64,000 bases of DNA from Saccostrea cucullata (lineage: Eukaryota), in NCBI RefSeq assembly GCF_032062105.1, contig NW_026938483.1:248001-312000 (forward strand), in the 5' to 3' direction. The translations under genes and the position numbers were made by a program. This document shows, in pieces, positions 61,558 to 64,000 of the stretch; position 1 is the stretch's first letter, and every line of letters begins with the position of its first letter. Below the pieces are notes generated by a model. The model had not been told where the DNA came from. It worked only from the letters and a program-made list of their open reading frames with translations, and did not search any database.

Positions 61558-64000
61558 GTACGTTATTCTTAATTTATTTTCACAGAATTCTTAAACCTGC
61601 GACAGTCATTTTTATAAAAACATTTTGGATTCCACTTACTACTGTAAATATATAAACTTTTTATTTGCAAGGACTTCATTTTCTTGTAATATGAGACTGT
61701 TTGCTTGATAAGAATGTTATTCTATAATACTTATAACTGTTAATTATTCTAGGTTACATTCAACAAAAACCTTGACTTCAAAAAAAATTTCTCATACACT
61801 TATATATCCAAATAAGAGGAAATTAACCTGTTGTAACAATTTGGTAATTTACACTATGAAAGAAATAAAGTGGTAAACACTTTTTTTGGGCTTTATAAAT
61901 GGTTTTGAAAATTTGAGAACACTATTATAAACAGGTATCCAGACTTGATTTTATTATTAGATTTCAGGTTACTTGTATTTTATTGTAAGTTTGAAGTTTA
62001 CTTGTATTTTATTCATGTAAATTTAAATGTAATCCTAATGTTGACCAATTACTTTTGAAATAAAACATCAATAAGTGTCAGATTCAAAACATAAAATAGA
62101 CAATCCAATAGATTAAATCGTAAGTTTCCCCAGACTTATTTTATATGTCATTGTTGACTCAAAATCTTTCAATTTAGACTCATAAAAGTATATCTGTATT
62201 TGAGAATTATGAGATCATGAAGTCCTGGGGGTTTAAATTTCTGCCTGCTCAACATACAGACAAAAAGGGAAAACTGTCATAGAAATCCCAACCAAAGCCT
62301 ATTTATCTGTGCAAATACAAAATGGAAACTACATTGAGTTGTTCATTTTATGTGTGAATTCAGAAGAAACAAACTTTATGAAAAATTATTATACAGCCCT
62401 GCCTCGCTTCTCATGGTATTTCTTAAATGCTAGATTATGTATTGTGCGTTTAAGAATGAACATTAATTTGATATTTCAATTAATATTTTGTATCTGTGTT
62501 GAAAATCATGTATATTTGTATTTGAACCTCCTATTTCTTACGTTGAGCTGCCTAGGTTAAATATTTTAATTGCAATTATTTTACAATCTGCTCACTAGAG
62601 TGGGAGAGCCTGTTATAAGCATTTCTTAGTAATTTAGTGATTCTTTAGTAGAAAACTGTGGTTTTAATGTTTGAAAATTTAATTGAGACATGGAACTAAC
62701 CTGCCGATTTATGACACAAGCAATTTCCATTTTTTAGAATGTTACTGTTAACCGGGAGAGAGCCCCTTTATCAGATTTCAATACCTTAGTATTAAAGTGT
62801 CACATACATCAAGTTTATGAAAAAATCAAAATCTTAAATCTATAATGAATAATGTTAAAATTAAAAGAGGGATCAATGGGCCCTCTGACCATTTTTTATA
62901 GTGACTATTTTATTTTCATTGTTTTACCTGCATAAGCGTTTTTTAAATAAAGAGCTTGATTTTTTTAATTAAAGCCCTTTAAGGTCATTGAAGCAATCTG
63001 GGATTTATACATGGAACATTGCATATCAGCAATCAATTAAACTAAAGTGGCAGGCATCCATATCACATATAGCACCCCCTGTACATTCTGATGTAATTGA
63101 ATGATTTACAGAATTAAATGGAGCACCCAGTCACTTTGATATAATCAGACTCTTCATCCCTGCTGGTTCTCACTCTGTAGGGGGGAAATTTTAATGGGGC
63201 TATGGAGATTTATGCATTTAAATCAATAAGAAGTCAATAACCCACATAAACATTTTACTATTTTCCTGAGGAGAATTAATCAATGACAACATTCATTGTC
63301 TAAAGAATTCCCCTCCTGATCAATTCATTCATTGTAGATTAACATGCTTTAATTGTAATCAGTTAGAGGTACATATGTATTACTAGTTTTAAACACCAGA
63401 TGTCCTGTAACTAGTATATCATGCAATATTTATCCATCTAAGAACAGATAAGTACACCAAAGTGAGACCTTAAGTTCTATTTGTATAAAGAATGTGGTCC
63501 TTGTATAATGTGGTTTTATCAACCTGTTGGATATATCTTGTAAATTTCCAAGTCTTAGGGAAACATGAAAAGTATCTGCCAATAGTCTATCAATATTTCA
63601 TTTACAATATGAAGTTAATAAAGAATTAACTACAAGTTTCTTCTGTGTTAGGTGTGTTTGTTTGTTGCTAATGCAGAGAACTGAACAAAAAGTTCATAAT
63701 ACAGAAAATGACACTCGACACCTAACTGCAGTGTTTCCCTGATATAGAAATATAAAAAGCTTTTTGAACCATTACATGCCTGCATTCTTAGATTTGGATT
63801 AAATGCCTGCTTTATTCAAAGCCTAAATGGCATACACTTATATACAATAGTCCCTTTTATAATCCACATTCACCTAACCTAAAGTAAACGCACTAATCGT
63901 GAAGGGCCGCTGAGATATATAATGGTTTAAATATTCGACTCCCCCTCAGCCCTCCTGGCTGATAATGGTCGCACTATTAACAAAATAACACCATAGTCTA

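Overview
AT-rich, intron-rich animal genomic DNA. The repeat families and gene content point to a bivalve mollusc, probably an oyster (inference). Genes reconstructed by hand with phase-consistent splice sites: (1) the 3' 23 exons of an SFI1-like centrin-binding gene (+, 178-17767), with a U12-type intron and a probable GC-AG intron; (2) a tyrosylprotein sulfotransferase (-); (3) an MPDU1/Lec35-like PQ-loop gene (-); (4) a tandem, partly rearranged cluster of secreted PAN/apple + uncharacterised-domain genes (-, 38.5-55 kb); (5) an AA15 lytic polysaccharide monooxygenase (-); (6) the first two coding exons of a CFAP97D2-like ciliary gene (+, absent from the ORF track) with an RFX X-box upstream. 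Mobile DNA includes a young, internally deleted RTE LINE with target-site duplication, hAT/mariner/Kolobok/CACTA-type MITEs, Helentron-like elements, Deu/Nin-domain SINEs and many Penelope-like remnants. Two signals stand out. First, unrelated minisatellites are systematically seeded on exon-intron junctions (9 in SFI1, 1 in MPDU1). Second, an HDV-like ribozyme fold, with an atypical extra hairpin, starts exactly at the 5' end of the RTE element.
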